Shown here: piece after piece, positions 32,289 through 42,521 of the stretch
How positions within the stretch are numbered: the stretch's first letter is position 1
Layout of the letters: the number at the start of each line of letters is the position of its first letter
Source: an uncultured delta proteobacterium
GTDB taxonomy: Bacteria; Myxococcota; Myxococcia; Myxococcales; Myxococcaceae
Assembly (NCBI GenBank): GCA_963771175.1
Contig: CAVYSY010000054.1
Span: 64,001 to 128,000, forward strand
Reading direction: 5' to 3'
Length of the DNA stretch: 64,000 bases
Made by a program: the position numbers and the translations under genes
The notes under the pieces: model-generated
Told to the model about the DNA's origin: nothing
Database searches by the model: none
What the model saw: the letters and a program-made list of their open reading frames with translations, nothing else

Positions 32289-32440
32289 GGTCCGTCTCCG
32301 CGGGGTGGGTGCGTGAACGGAGCCAATCTAGAAATCAAGCGGGTGAGCGCCACGCACGCCGCATGTTCCCATCGACGGATGCGCTCTCGAGCCGACGAAA
32401 CGGGAGGACCCCGAGTGTGGACGGGGCCCTGGATTATCAC

Positions 32441-33025
32441 CTAGTGGGCTCTCTGGAGCGTCTCCAGGCGCAGCACGCGGGCGGGATTGCCGAGCGCCAG
32501 GTGACCGGGTGGCACCGACGTGGTCACCACGCTCCCGGCGGAGATGACGGAGCCCGCTCCAATCTCCACACCGGGCTCGATGATGGCGCCGTGGGCAATC
32601 CAGACATCGTCCCCAACCGTCACCGGAGCCGGTTTCCCCTGGTGGCCGTCGGAGATGCGCACCCGCGAGGCAATCATGCAGCGGCGGCCAATCCGGACGC
32701 TCTGGTGGGCCTCGATGGAGAAGCCGTAGTTGAAGATGCACCTCTCTCCGATGGAGAGGTGGGCGCCGGCATGGCAGCGCAGGTCCGACGGCAGCATCCC
32801 GTCGGCGAAGCAGACCCGGTCTCCGATGGTGACGTGGCCCTCGGCGATGCAGTGCAGGTCCCCTGCCAGATAGACGTAGCGGCCGAGCTCGCAGTGGCGC
32901 AGGACGAGCTGGGCCCGGGTGACGCCCAGCACCCGGTGCAAGAGCTGGCGCGCCTGGGCGGGGCTGGAGGTGAAGTACCGCAGCAGGTGGGCGAGCTCAC
33001 TTCTCGTGGGGACGAGCGTGTTCAT
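32441..33025 (-). CDS. Hexapeptide-repeat acyltransferase
   Basis: Left-handed beta-helix repeats; VGDDVWIAHGAIIEPGVEIG; GNPAR. Confidence 0.88.
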   Translation of the reverse strand: MNTLVPTRSELAHLLRYFTSSPAQARQLLHRVLGVTRAQLVLRHCELGRYVYLAGDLHCIAEGHVTIGDRVCFADGMLPSDLRCHAGAHLSIGERCIFNYGFSIEAHQSVRIGRRCMIASRVRISDGHQGKPAPVTVGDDVWIAHGAIIEPGVEIGAGSVISAGSVVTTSVPPGHLALGNPARVLRLETLQRAH

Positions 33026-33549
33026 GGGCTCCTCCTTTGGATGGAGGCGGGCGCGCCGCAGAGCTCGACTCCCGGCGGAAAGCGACGCGAGATGACGGTT
33101 CCCGAGCGGACGACCGTCCCCGCCCCCAGGTGGGTTCCCGGCAGGAGGATGCTCCGGACCCCCATCATCACCTCCTCGGCCACCTCCACCGGATGCGACT
33201 CCGGGAGCTCCAGCCGGTTCCCCTTCAGCGGGTGGAAGTGGTTGTCGATGATTTTGCAGTAGCCCCCCACGTGGCTGCGCGCGCCGATGTGCACCCGCTG
33301 GAGTGCCTCGATGGACGTGCCCCCCTCGATGTAGACGTCATCGTCGATGAGGAGCTCCGCACCGGAGCCGACATGCAGCTCGATGGGCGTGCGCCGGCCG
33401 TCGAGCATCACCCTCGCGCCGAGCCGGATGCGGCCTCCCCCGCGGATGCAGAGCCTCCCCTGGGCCAGGGTGCCAGGGCCCACCTCGGTGCAGTGCCGGA
33501 GCCGGAGTCGGGACGCCAGGGCGGTCCCCAGGGAAATAGAGAGCACCAT
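33022..33549 (-). CDS. Hexapeptide-repeat acyltransferase
   Basis: Beta-helix repeats; IIDNHFHP; ILLPGTHLG; GAPA. Confidence 0.85.
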   Translation of the reverse strand: MVLSISLGTALASRLRLRHCTEVGPGTLAQGRLCIRGGGRIRLGARVMLDGRRTPIELHVGSGAELLIDDDVYIEGGTSIEALQRVHIGARSHVGGYCKIIDNHFHPLKGNRLELPESHPVEVAEEVMMGVRSILLPGTHLGAGTVVRSGTVISRRFPPGVELCGAPASIQRRSP

Positions 33550-33553
33550 GCCC

Positions 33554-33820
33554 TCACCCCTTCCTCTTGCGGTTCACGAAGGCCGTGAGCCGCGAGATGG
33601 TGTCGAGGTTCTCCGGGAGGATTTCCGCGTCCGCCACGGTGAGGCCGAGGTCGTGCTCGAGGAAGCCGACCAGCTCGAGCACCCCCGTCGAGTCGATGAT
33701 GCCGCTGTCGAGCAGCGACGCCTCGTCCGAGAGACTGGCGGGGTTGGCGACGTAGAAGTTGTGGAGAACGAAGTGCCGGAGGGTGGCACGGACGTCGGAT
33801 TCTGGGACCGTGGCTATCAT
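33554..33820 (-). CDS. Acyl/aminoacyl carrier protein
   Basis: LLDSGIIDSTGVLELVGFLE (phosphopantetheine Ser); PENLDTI. Confidence 0.92.
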   Translation of the reverse strand: MIATVPESDVRATLRHFVLHNFYVANPASLSDEASLLDSGIIDSTGVLELVGFLEHDLGLTVADAEILPENLDTISRLTAFVNRKRKG

Positions 33821-35379
33821 ATGAGCTCCGTCTTCTTGATCTTGCCCGTGCTCGTCTTCGGCAGGGCCGGGACGAGCACGAACGTTGGGGGACCATGAAG
33901 GTCTCCAGGTGGGCCTGGCACTCGCGCAGGAGCTCCGCCTCGGTGAGCGTCACTCCGGCCTCGAGGACGACGAAGGCCTTGACCGCCTGGCCGAGCAGCT
34001 CGTCGGGGACGCCGATCACCGCCGCCTCCTTGACGCCCGGGATGTTGGTGAGGGCGTTCTCGACCTCCTTGGGCGCCACCTTCTCGCCGCGGGACTTGAT
34101 GATGTCGTCCATGCGGCCGACGAAGTACAGGTAGCCCTCCTCGTCGAGCCGGCAGAAGTCGCCGGTGTAGAGCACCAGCTCGCCGGGCAGCGGCCCGGGC
34201 CGGAGCTTCTTCGCCGTCTCCTCGGGCTTCTCCCAGTAGCCCTGCATCACCGTGGCGCCGCGGATGACGAGCTGGCCCACCTCGTTCGGCGCCGAGCCGG
34301 CGGCCCTCCTCGTCGACGAGCCACAGCTCGGTGTTGGGGATGGCGATGCCCACGCTGTCCGGCTTGCGGTCGAGGTCCTCCGGCGGCAGGTACGTGCAGC
34401 GCTTGCACTCGGTGAGGCCGTACATCGAGTAGATGCGGGCCTGGGGGAAGAGCCGCTGGAGCATCCGGATGTGCTTGACGGGCAGCGCCGCCGCGGTGTT
34501 GGTCACGTAGCGGATGCGTGACAGGTCATAGGTCTCGAGCGACTTCAGCTCCGCGAGGATGGCGAAGATGGTGGGCACGCCGGGAAAGCCCGTCACCCCC
34601 TCGTTCGCCATCAGGCTCAGGACCTGCGCCGGGTACGCGAAGGAGCGCTCGAGCACCAGACGCGCGCCCATCCGGAAGGCCATGATCATCTGGTAGAGCC
34701 CGTAGTCGAAGGCCAGCGGCAGCACGCCGAGGATGACGTCGTCCTCGACGTTTCGCAGGTAGGTGGTGATGGAGGTCGCCGCGGTGAGCATGTTGCGGTG
34801 GGTGAGCATCACGCCCTTCGGGTCGCCCGTGCTGCCCGAGGTGTAGATGATGGCGGCCAGGTCGATGTCGAGGTTGGTGCGGGGCGGAGGGGAGTCGGTG
34901 GGCTCGGCGGCCAGGGCACCCTCGAAGGACGCCGCGGGCAGGTCCCCGAGCGGCGCCGCGTCGAGGGCCCCCGAGACGAGCAGCGTCCTCAGGTGGGGGC
35001 CGCGGCGGGCCGCCTCGGCGACGACGCCGGCCAGGTGCGCGTCGGTGATGAGGCCGGCGGCGCGGCAGTCATTGAGGAGGTAGGCGAGCTTGTCGACCTT
35101 CGTCAGCGGGTTAACCATGGAGACGACGGCGTTGGCCTTGAGCACGGCCCAGAAGGAGATGACGGTCTCGACGGTGTTGTCGGCGAAGACGACGACGCGG
35201 TCGCCGCGCTGCACCCCGCGCCGGACGAGGGCGTGCGCGAGCGCGTTGGAGCGCTCGTCGAGCTCGGCGTAGGTGAGCCGCTGGCCCCGGCAGACGAGCG
35301 CGACCTTGTCGGGCAGCCGGCGGGCCGAGTGCTGCAGGTAGTCGTGGAGCTGGGGAATGGCGTGGTCGAGCGTTTCCAT
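33817..35379 (-). CDS. AMP-dependent adenylation enzyme (acyl/aminoacyl-ACP ligase), frameshifted
   Basis: YTSGSTGDPKG, LPLAFDYGLYQ, MYGLTEC, TGD, GRMDDIIKSRGEKV, PKTSTGK. Confidence 0.9.
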   Translation of the reverse strand: METLDHAIPQLHDYLQHSARRLPDKVALVCRGQRLTYAELDERSNALAHALVRRGVQRGDRVVVFADNTVETVISFWAVLKANAVVSMVNPLTKVDKLAYLLNDCRAAGLITDAHLAGVVAEAARRGPHLRTLLVSGALDAAPLGDLPAASFEGALAAEPTDSPPPRTNLDIDLAAIIYTSGSTGDPKGVMLTHRNMLTAATSITTYLRNVEDDVILGVLPLAFDYGLYQMIMAFRMGARLVLERSFAYPAQVLSLMANEGVTGFPGVPTIFAILAELKSLETYDLSRIRYVTNTAAALPVKHIRMLQRLFPQARIYSMYGLTECKRCTYLPPEDLDRKPDSVGIAIPNTELWLVDEEGRRLGAERGGPARHPRRHGDAGLLGEARGDGEEAPARAAARRAGALHRRLLPARRGGLPVLRRPHGRHHQVPRREGGAQGGRERPHQHPGRQGGGGDRRPRRAARPGGQGLRRPRGRSDAHRGGAPARVPGPPGDLHGPPTFVLVPALPKTSTGKIKKTELI

Positions 35380-35381
35380 GT

Positions 35382-37411
35382 TCAGGCTCCCAGGCGCTCG
35401 ATGAGCGTCTCGGGGGTGACGGGGCCGGCGGAGGGCGCGGCGCGCAGCAATTGCCGGTGCAGCAGCTGCGTCGAGAGGACGCCGACGAGGGCCATGTTGT
35501 CGGTGTTGGAGAACTGGGCGCGTCGGGCCTGGGCCTGGCACTTGGCCCACAGGCGCGCGACGGCAGCGGGCTCGAAGACGCCCGCCTCGCGCAGGGCGGC
35601 CTCGCCCAGCACCTCGTCCACCCACTCGGGGCGCTTGTCCCCCACGAAGCGACAGCGCGTCCGGCGCGCGGTAGGGCTGCTTCTTGCGCCGCAGGATCGC
35701 GGCGGGCAGGAGCTCCTCGGCGGCGCGCTTGAGGACGTGCTTCTCGTCGAGGACGCGCAGCTTGTAGGACGGGGGCAGCGAGCTCGCGAGCGCCACCACG
35801 TCGGTGTCGAGGAAGGGGAAGCGGCCCTCGACCGAGTGCGCCATCAGCATGCGGTCGCCCTGCGAGGAGAGGAGGTAGCCGGAGAGCAGCGTGCGGATCT
35901 CGAGGTACTGGTCCTGCGCGAGGGCGACCAGCGGGCGAACTCCGGCGGGCAGCGTGTCGAGCAGCCGCGGCGACGACGTCGCAGCCCGCTCGGCCGCCCG
36001 CCGCATGCTCGGCGCGAGAAGAGCCGCTTGAGGGCGCTGGTGGTGTGCCAGCGCGGCTCGTGCGCGAAGCCGGGCTCGCCGCCACGCCGCGAGGTCGCGG
36101 CCGAAGAACTGCCGCGCCATCGCCCGCTGGGAGACCGGCGAGCGCGCGAGGTACGGGATAGAGCCGCTCGAGCAGGCGCGGCCGCAGCCGCGAGCCGGGC
36201 TGCCGCGCCCAGAAGCGGCGCACCTTCGCCCTCGCGGAAGAGGTCGTAGCCGGCGAACATCTCGTCGGCGCCCTCGCCGGTGAGCACGACCTTGATGCCG
36301 GCCTCGCGCACGAGCCGCGAGAGCAGGAAGAGCGGCGCCGGCGCGGTGCGCAGGAGCGGCCGCTCGGCGTGGGCGACGACCTCCGGGAAGACGCGCGGCG
36401 ATGTCCTCGCGCGACACGACGACCTCGCGGTGCTCGCTGCCGAGCCGCTGGCCATGAGCGCGCTGGAACTCCGTCTCGTCGTACTCGGCGTCGTCGAAGC
36501 GCAGCGAGAAGGTGCGAAAGCGGCTCCCCCGTGGCGTCGCGCCCGAGCGCGGCGACGAGCGAGCTGTCGAGGCCGCCGGAGAGGTAGCTGCCCGACCGGC
36601 ACGTCGGCGCGCAGCATGCGCAGGCGGGTCGCCTCCTGCGAGCGCGTCGCGCACCGCGCTCCGCCGCCTCGTCGAGCGAGCCGTGGAAGCCGCCCGTCGC
36701 CGGCCTCCGGGAAGCGCGGCTGCCAGAAGGGACGCTCGTGGCGCGCTCCGCCGCGCCGCGAGGTGCGCACGTGGCCGGGCTCGCAGCTCCGTCGACGCCC
36801 GCGAAGACGCTCTGCGGCGGCACCACGCGTCCAGAAGGTGAAGGTCTCGCTCGAGGCCCGACCGGGTCGAACGCGCGCGGCAGCGAGGGCTCGCCGGCGA
36901 AGATGCGCCTTCACCTCGCTCGCGAAGCACGAGCCGCCCGTCGTGCTCGCACGACGTAGAGCGGGCGCACGCCGAGCCGGTCGCGCGCGAGCACGAGCGT
37001 CTCCTCGCGCGTCGTCCCAGAGCGCGACGGCGAACTGGCCGTTGAAGCGCTCGAAGGCGCCTTCGCCCCACTCCTCGTAGGCGTGGACGATGACCTCGGT
37101 GTCGCTCCGCGTGCGGAAGCGGTGGCCCAGCGCGCGAGCTCCTCCCGCAGCTCGACGTAGTTGAAGATCTCGCCGTTGAAGACGACCCAGAGCGTGCCGT
37201 CCTCGTTGGCGAGCGGCTGCTGGCCGGTGGCGAGGTCGATGATCGAGAGCCGCGCGTGGGCGAGGCCCGCGCGGCGCGATCGCGATAGACGCCGAACTCG
37301 TCGGGGCCGCGGTGGCGCAGAGCGCGCCGACCATCCGCAGCGAGCTGCGTCGCGCGTCGGGCGGCGGCCGCGGCCTCCCGGAGGCGCGACGATGCCGGCG
37401 ATGCCGCACAT
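35382..37411 (-). CDS. asnB: Asparagine synthase (glutamine-hydrolysing)-like amidotransferase, many indels
   Basis: [65 protein letters not shown]. Confidence 0.9.
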
Positions 37412-37416
37412 CGACG

Positions 37417-38400
37417 TCAGACCTCGCCGGACCGGCTGCGACCAGCAGCGGCGGCGCGTGCAGGTAGCGGGTCGGCGCGCCGCTTGGCTGTCGATGTCCC
37501 GGTAGACGCGCTCGACCTGCGCCTCGGTCGAGGCCGACCGCCGGCGCCACCTCCGCGGCGGGCACGCTGGTGGTCGTGCGCGTAGAGGCACAGGTCCATG
37601 CTGTCGTAGGGCAGCGCGAAGTAGAACTCCTCCTGCGTCTGCGGCATGCGAGTAGGTGTCGGTGGTCGGCGGGCGCGCGGCGGATCTCCTCGGGCACGCC
37701 GAGGTAGCTCGGCGAGCGCGTAGACCTGGGTCTTGTAGAGGTGGGCGATGGGCTTGAAGTCGGCGGCGCCGTCGCCCTGCTTGACGAAGAAGCCCTGGTC
37801 GTACTCGAGCCGGTTGGGCGTGCCCGCCACCGCGTAGTTGAGCCGGTCGGCGTGGTAGTACTCGATCATCTTGCGCACGCGCTGCTTGAAGTTGGTGGCG
37901 GCGACGAGCTGCAGGTAGGCGTCGAGCGGCATGCGCGCGGTGCGCAGCTCGCCCGCGGGGTCTGCGACGGTGAGCTGGGAGACGTTGAGGCGCTCGCTCT
38001 CGAGGATGGACGGCAGCGTCATCTTGCAGCGCCAGCCCTCGCCGTAGTCCGGGAAGACCGTGCGGATGGCCTCGTCCTGGCGCGCGTAGCAGCCGGCGGC
38101 GGCGAGCGTGGGCGCGATGTCCTCGACGGCGGACGCGACGCCGAGCGCCTCGACCACCTGGCGGCCGAGGCGCAGCGAGTCGGCGGAGGAGTCGCGCTCG
38201 GGCATGAGGAGGCCGAGCACCCGCTCCTGGCCGAGCGCCCGCGCGCAGAGCACGGCGACCACCGAGCTGTCGATGCCGCCGGAGACGCCGACGACCGCAC
38301 CGCGGCGCTTCAGGTCTCCGAGCACGTGCTCGCGGATGGCGAGCTCCGCGTCACGAGCGACCGACGCGGCGTCGATCTCGAGCACACTTTTCGAGAACAT
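37417..38400 (-). CDS. nadE: NadE-like ATP pyrophosphatase (NAD synthetase paralog), frameshifted
   Basis: [48 protein letters not shown]. Confidence 0.85.
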   Translation of the reverse strand: MFSKSVLEIDAASVARDAELAIREHVLGDLKRRGAVVGVSGGIDSSVVAVLCARALGQERVLGLLMPERDSSADSLRLGRQVVEALGVASAVEDIAPTLAAAGCYARQDEAIRTVFPDYGEGWRCKMTLPSILESERLNVSQLTVADPAGELRTARMPLDAYLQLVAATNFKQRVRKMIEYYHADRLNYAVAGTPNRLEYDQGFFVKQGDGAADFKPIAHLYKTQVYALAELPRRARGDPPRARRPPTPTRMPQTQEEFYFALPYDSMDLCLYAHDHQRARRGGGAGGRPRPRRRSSASTGTSTAKRRADPLPARAAAAGRSRSGEV

Positions 38401-38678
38401 GGGCGGCCCCCCCCGGGCTCCACTCCCTGCTGCATGGCCTTGGCTCCGCAAGGACCCTACGGGAGACGACCAGGGCATCCCTGGCATTGGATGCCAGGAT
38501 TGGCGTCTCACGGCAGAGTTTGTATAGGAGGGGAACTCGCCGCGAGCTGTGAAGCGAGGAGAAGACGGCTGCTTGACAATGAATTTCGGAAAAGGCGCTT
38601 CCGGACTTCAATGGGTTCGTGAGCCGACTTTTCTCCTGCCCAACCGTATGAGGCGCGCGGGACCGTCAGCGCGGCCAC

Positions 38679-39565
38679 TCACTGCCGAGCGATTGGGGCG
38701 GCGGCTTGGCGCTGAAGATGGGCGCGTAGCACTCTCCCTGGTGCTCGTAGAGATCGTCCGGGCATGGGGCCTTGAGCCGTGAGGCATCCAGCAGGCGCCC
38801 ACCAGCTCTACCTGGACGTGGCGAGTGCAGGGGGGGCGCTTCTGTCCTTTGAAGGGCTCGCGAGGCAGGGGCCGGGCGAGCACAGGCTCCCCCTGGGGCG
38901 TGGTGTCCGCGAGCCAACCGCTGCTGAAAGGGTCCGGCGTCTCGACTGCCGTCGGTACCTCGTGGCTCACGGGCGCTGGCGCGGCTCTCGCCAAGGGGTC
39001 CGCACCGCTCGGCGGTTGGGACTCGGGACACAGGCGGACCAGCGCGAAGAGCAGGGCACACACCCCGGCGGTGCCCGCCAGCACCAGCCCCAGGCGCCGC
39101 CAGGGGCGAGGCTCGTGGGAAGTAGGGACGACCTGGGCCATGCGCCCCACTCCCTCGCGCACCTCCTCGAACGTGCACACCAGCGACTCCACGGAGTGCC
39201 TGTCGGGGGCAACGGACCAGGGGGTGTGCTCCACCTCCATGGCGAGATAGCCCGGGGACGCCGAGGAGATGCAGCGCACCCTCCAGTCCGTCAGCGGCAC
39301 CCGTCCTCGGTGGCGGGCTTGAGCACCAGGGCCGTTGCCCCGCTCGTCTCGTGTGTGGCCCGGTAGAGCTCCCCCTGGCTGTGCGCGGCCTGCGGCACCT
39401 GCTCCTGGATGCGGTACGGCCCCAACTGCTCCGGTTCCTCCCGGCTCGACTCGGACTTCTTCTTCGTGCCCACGCGCGCTCCTCGCTGGCCTCTCCGCCT
39501 GCTCGAGGCCTGAGGCTTCTATCTGCACCGGGTTGAGCCCCCGCTCCAGGAGGTGCACGGTGCAT
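38679..39565 (-). pseudogene. Degenerate Ser/Thr-kinase-derived membrane protein, copy 1 (frameshifted)
   Basis: LGPYRIQEQV...GELYRATHETSG (kinase N-lobe-like), a TM helix, then Cys-rich PFKGQKRPPC...GACW...PCPDDLYEHQGECY; paralog at 43647. Confidence 0.65.
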
Positions 39566-39772
39566 CAGGGGGTGCCCTACTCCACAGGTGCTGAACCTCA
39601 CGCTCCGCGGCAGCGTGGCCCGGGCGCAGTGTCTGCATGAGCTGAGAACGGCCTCCGCGGCTGGCCTCACGTGGCTGGCGCAGCGCAGGGACAAGAGCGC
39701 CACCTTCCAGCTCGTGGGTCTCGGGCGCCCACTGAATGTGCAGAAGAGCCGGAATTCTGGCAACCTCGGGGG

Positions 39773-40312
39773 ATGAATTCACTGGCTCGTCGGTATCGAC
39801 TCACGCTCGTGTCGCTGCTCCTCGCGGGGACGGTGGGCTGCGACCAGGTCACCAAGCAACTGGCCATTCCGCAACTCCGTGACGAGCCTGCCCAAACCTT
39901 CCTGGGCGGGTTCCTGCGGCTCGCCTTCGCCGAGAATCCCGGCGCGTTCCTGAGCCTCGGCGGCGACCTTCCTGGCCCCGTGCGATTCTGGCTGCTCATC
40001 ACGGGCGTGGGCCTGCTCCTCCTCGGCGCGCTGCTCTACCTCGTGATGAGCCGCCGGCTCGGGCGTCTCCATTCCGCGGCGCTCGCCCTGGTCGTTGGCG
40101 GCGGAGTGAGCAACTGGTTCGACCGCCTGGTGAACGATGGACGTGTCGTGGACTTCATGAACCTCGGCATCGGCTCATTGCGCACTGGCATCTTCAACGT
40201 GGCGGACGTGGCCATCATGCTCGGCGCCGGACTGCTGCTTCTGGCTGCGCGAGGAGCGAACAGCGTTGGAGCAGGACCGGGGGGCTCTGACCAGGGGGGC
40301 TCCCTGGCGTGA
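39773..40312 (+). CDS. lspA: Lipoprotein signal peptidase II paralog
   Basis: DQVTK, NPGAFLS, GGVSNWFDR, VVDF, FNVAD. Confidence 0.92.
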   Translation: MNSLARRYRLTLVSLLLAGTVGCDQVTKQLAIPQLRDEPAQTFLGGFLRLAFAENPGAFLSLGGDLPGPVRFWLLITGVGLLLLGALLYLVMSRRLGRLHSAALALVVGGGVSNWFDRLVNDGRVVDFMNLGIGSLRTGIFNVADVAIMLGAGLLLLAARGANSVGAGPGGSDQGGSLA

Positions 40313-40325
40313 GTGGGGGCCGCGC

Positions 40326-41474
40326 TCACGTGAGCGCGAAGGTGTAGCCCGCGACGAGCCCGAGCGTCACGATGACGAACAAGGCCGTGAGCGCCACCAT
40401 GAGGCCCTCGTGCACGCGCTCCCGCTTCCCCAGGAGCCCGAGCGCCAGGCACACCGGAAAGGCAATCATCACGTAGCGCGCGAGGCCTTGGATGGACTGG
40501 GTGGACAGCGGGAGGAGCAGGCCCAGGAGCACGTAGGCGGCGAGCGCCCACCGCTTGCGCCGGGCCCAGAACCCCACCGCCCAGAACCCCACCAGCGCGG
40601 CGGCGAAGTTGAGCAGCTTGAAGTTCCAGGGCACGGCCACCTCCCAGGGCCGCCGCAGGTAGTCCCACAGCGGGGCCAGGAAGAACCCGGCAGTGCGTCC
40701 CCAGGCGGACCTGGATGTCGCTGAACGCGAGCGCGTTGCCCGTGAGGTCTGTGCAGGAACGCGGCGAAGGCCAGCAACCCCACCGGCACGAGCAGCAGCC
40801 AGAGGGCATCGCGGCGTGGACGCCCCGGGTTGCGCTCGAGGTACAGCAGCGCGAGCGCGGGCAACAGCAGCAGCCCGTTGGGACGCGAGGCCGAGGCGAG
40901 CGCACCCGCGAGGCCCGCGAGCCACATCCGCCCCGTGGCCGCTCCCCAGAAGCTCGCGACGCACAGGAGCAGGAAGATGCGACTCGGTCGTGGGCAGCGA
41001 GAAGAAGACGCTCGTCGGCCACAGCGCCGTGTACAGGACGGCCCGGCGCGCCGCCGCCTCCTCCAGGCCGAGCGCCAGGGCCAGCTCATGGAGCAGCACG
41101 AGCGCGAGCAGCAGCAGCACCGTCGAGAGCACCATGCCCGTGACGCGCACCTCTCCCGTCACCTGCCCCGCCGCGCGCATGAGGAGTGGCATCACGGGGA
41201 AGAAGGCCCAGTTGTGTTGCCGGGCCACATCGAAGGGGATGGCCTCGTAGCCCTTCTCGGCGATGCCGACATACCACTCGCCATCTCCGCGCATCGCGAG
41301 CTCGGACAGCGCGGGTCCCCCACCGGCGGCCAGTCCCTCATTGCGCAACCCGGGCCAGGGCGGGCGGTTGGCGGGCACCAGCCCCACCAGCACGAGCGCG
41401 AGCACGAGGGCCCGGGAGACGAGGAAGGCCCACCCCGCCGAGCGCAGGGAACTCCATTGGCCCCCGGTTTTCAT
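40326..41474 (-). CDS. GT-C mannosyltransferase-like membrane protein (PIG-V/GT76-like), frameshifted
   Basis: RGDGEWYVGIAEKGY, AFFP, PTSVFFSLPTTES, SRPNG, RYVMIAFP; many TM helices. Confidence 0.8.
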   Translation of the reverse strand: MKTGGQWSSLRSAGWAFLVSRALVLALVLVGLVPANRPPWPGLRNEGLAAGGGPALSELAMRGDGEWYVGIAEKGYEAIPFDVARQHNWAFFPVMPLLMRAAGQVTGEVRVTGMVLSTVLLLLALVLLHELALALGLEEAAARRAVLYTALWPTSVFFSLPTTESHLPAPVRRELLGSGHGADVARGPRGCARLGLASQRAAAVARARAAVPRAQPGASTPRCPLAAARAGGVAGLRRVPAQTSRATRSRSATSRSAWGRTAGFFLAPLWDYLRRPWEVAVPWNFKLLNFAAALVGFWAVGFWARRKRWALAAYVLLGLLLPLSTQSIQGLARYVMIAFPVCLALGLLGKRERVHEGLMVALTALFVIVTLGLVAGYTFALT

Positions 41475-41484
41475 GCGCGGGAGT

Positions 41485-42402
41485 CTACTCACGGACCTTC
41501 CCGGACAGCCGCTCGGGAATGCGCGCAACGAGCACGTCGATGGCGGCGCGCACCTTCGAGGGCAGGTGCTTGTTCTGTGGCCAGACGGCGTAGATTTCAT
41601 TGCCGTAACGGCGCTCCTCCTCCAGCACCGTGACGAGCCGTCCGTCGCGCAGGCGCTCCGCGACGAGCCAGCACGGAAGCCACGCCAGTCCGGCGCCCTG
41701 CACCGCGGCGTCAGCGATGGTCTCCACGTCATCGAAGCGCAGGCGCGAGGGGACCGACACGAGCTGCTCGCCCCCCTGCCCATCCGGGAACCGCCAGGGT
41801 TTGGTGATGCCGTTGCGCCCATAGACGATGGCCTCATGGCCGTCCAACTCCCCGAGTGTCGCGGGACGGCCGTGCCTGGCGAGGTAGGCCGGCGCGGCGC
41901 AGACCACCATCTCCTGGGCGCCCAGCCTGCGAGCCGTCAGGCCGGCATGGTCCGCCAGGGGCGCGACGCGCACCGCCAGGTCGTAGCCCTCCTCGATGAG
42001 GTCCACCACGCGGTCACTGAAGGAGACCTCCACCTCCAGCCTGGGATGCTGGTGGGCCAGCTCCCAGAGCAGGGGGGCCGCGCAGTGCCGGCCAAACATC
42101 ACCGGCGCACTCACTCGGAGGCGGCCGGTAGGGGCGCGGCGGCCAGAGTCAAGCGCCGCCGTGCCTGCCTCCAGCTCCGCCAGCGCGCGCACGCAGCGCT
42201 CGTAGAAGGCCTGACCATCCTCGGTGAGGCTCTGCCGCCGTGTGGTGCGCAGGAACAGGCGCGCTCCCAGGTGCGCCTCCAGCCGGGCAATGCTCTTGCC
42301 CACAGCCGAGCGCGACAGGCCCATTCGCTCGGCGGCGAGCGAGAAGCTCCCGGCCTCGGCGGCCTGGACGAACGCGAGGATTCCGCTGAAGCGCTCCATC
42401 AT
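41485..42402 (-). CDS. LysR-type transcriptional regulator
   Basis: GSFSLAAERMGLSRSAVGKSIARLE, LFLRTTR, DLIEEGYDLAVR; divergent from the MDR gene. Confidence 0.95.
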   Translation of the reverse strand: MMERFSGILAFVQAAEAGSFSLAAERMGLSRSAVGKSIARLEAHLGARLFLRTTRRQSLTEDGQAFYERCVRALAELEAGTAALDSGRRAPTGRLRVSAPVMFGRHCAAPLLWELAHQHPRLEVEVSFSDRVVDLIEEGYDLAVRVAPLADHAGLTARRLGAQEMVVCAAPAYLARHGRPATLGELDGHEAIVYGRNGITKPWRFPDGQGGEQLVSVPSRLRFDDVETIADAAVQGAGLAWLPCWLVAERLRDGRLVTVLEEERRYGNEIYAVWPQNKHLPSKVRAAIDVLVARIPERLSGKVRE

Positions 42403-42521
42403 GACTCCGCTCTCATTGGCGACTTCGTGTCCGCGGTGAACCGACGGGATGTCGCTACTGGAGAAATCCTCTCGCCTCTATATCCCCCTCGACTCTTCCA
42501 CGCACTGACCGGGAGCAGACG

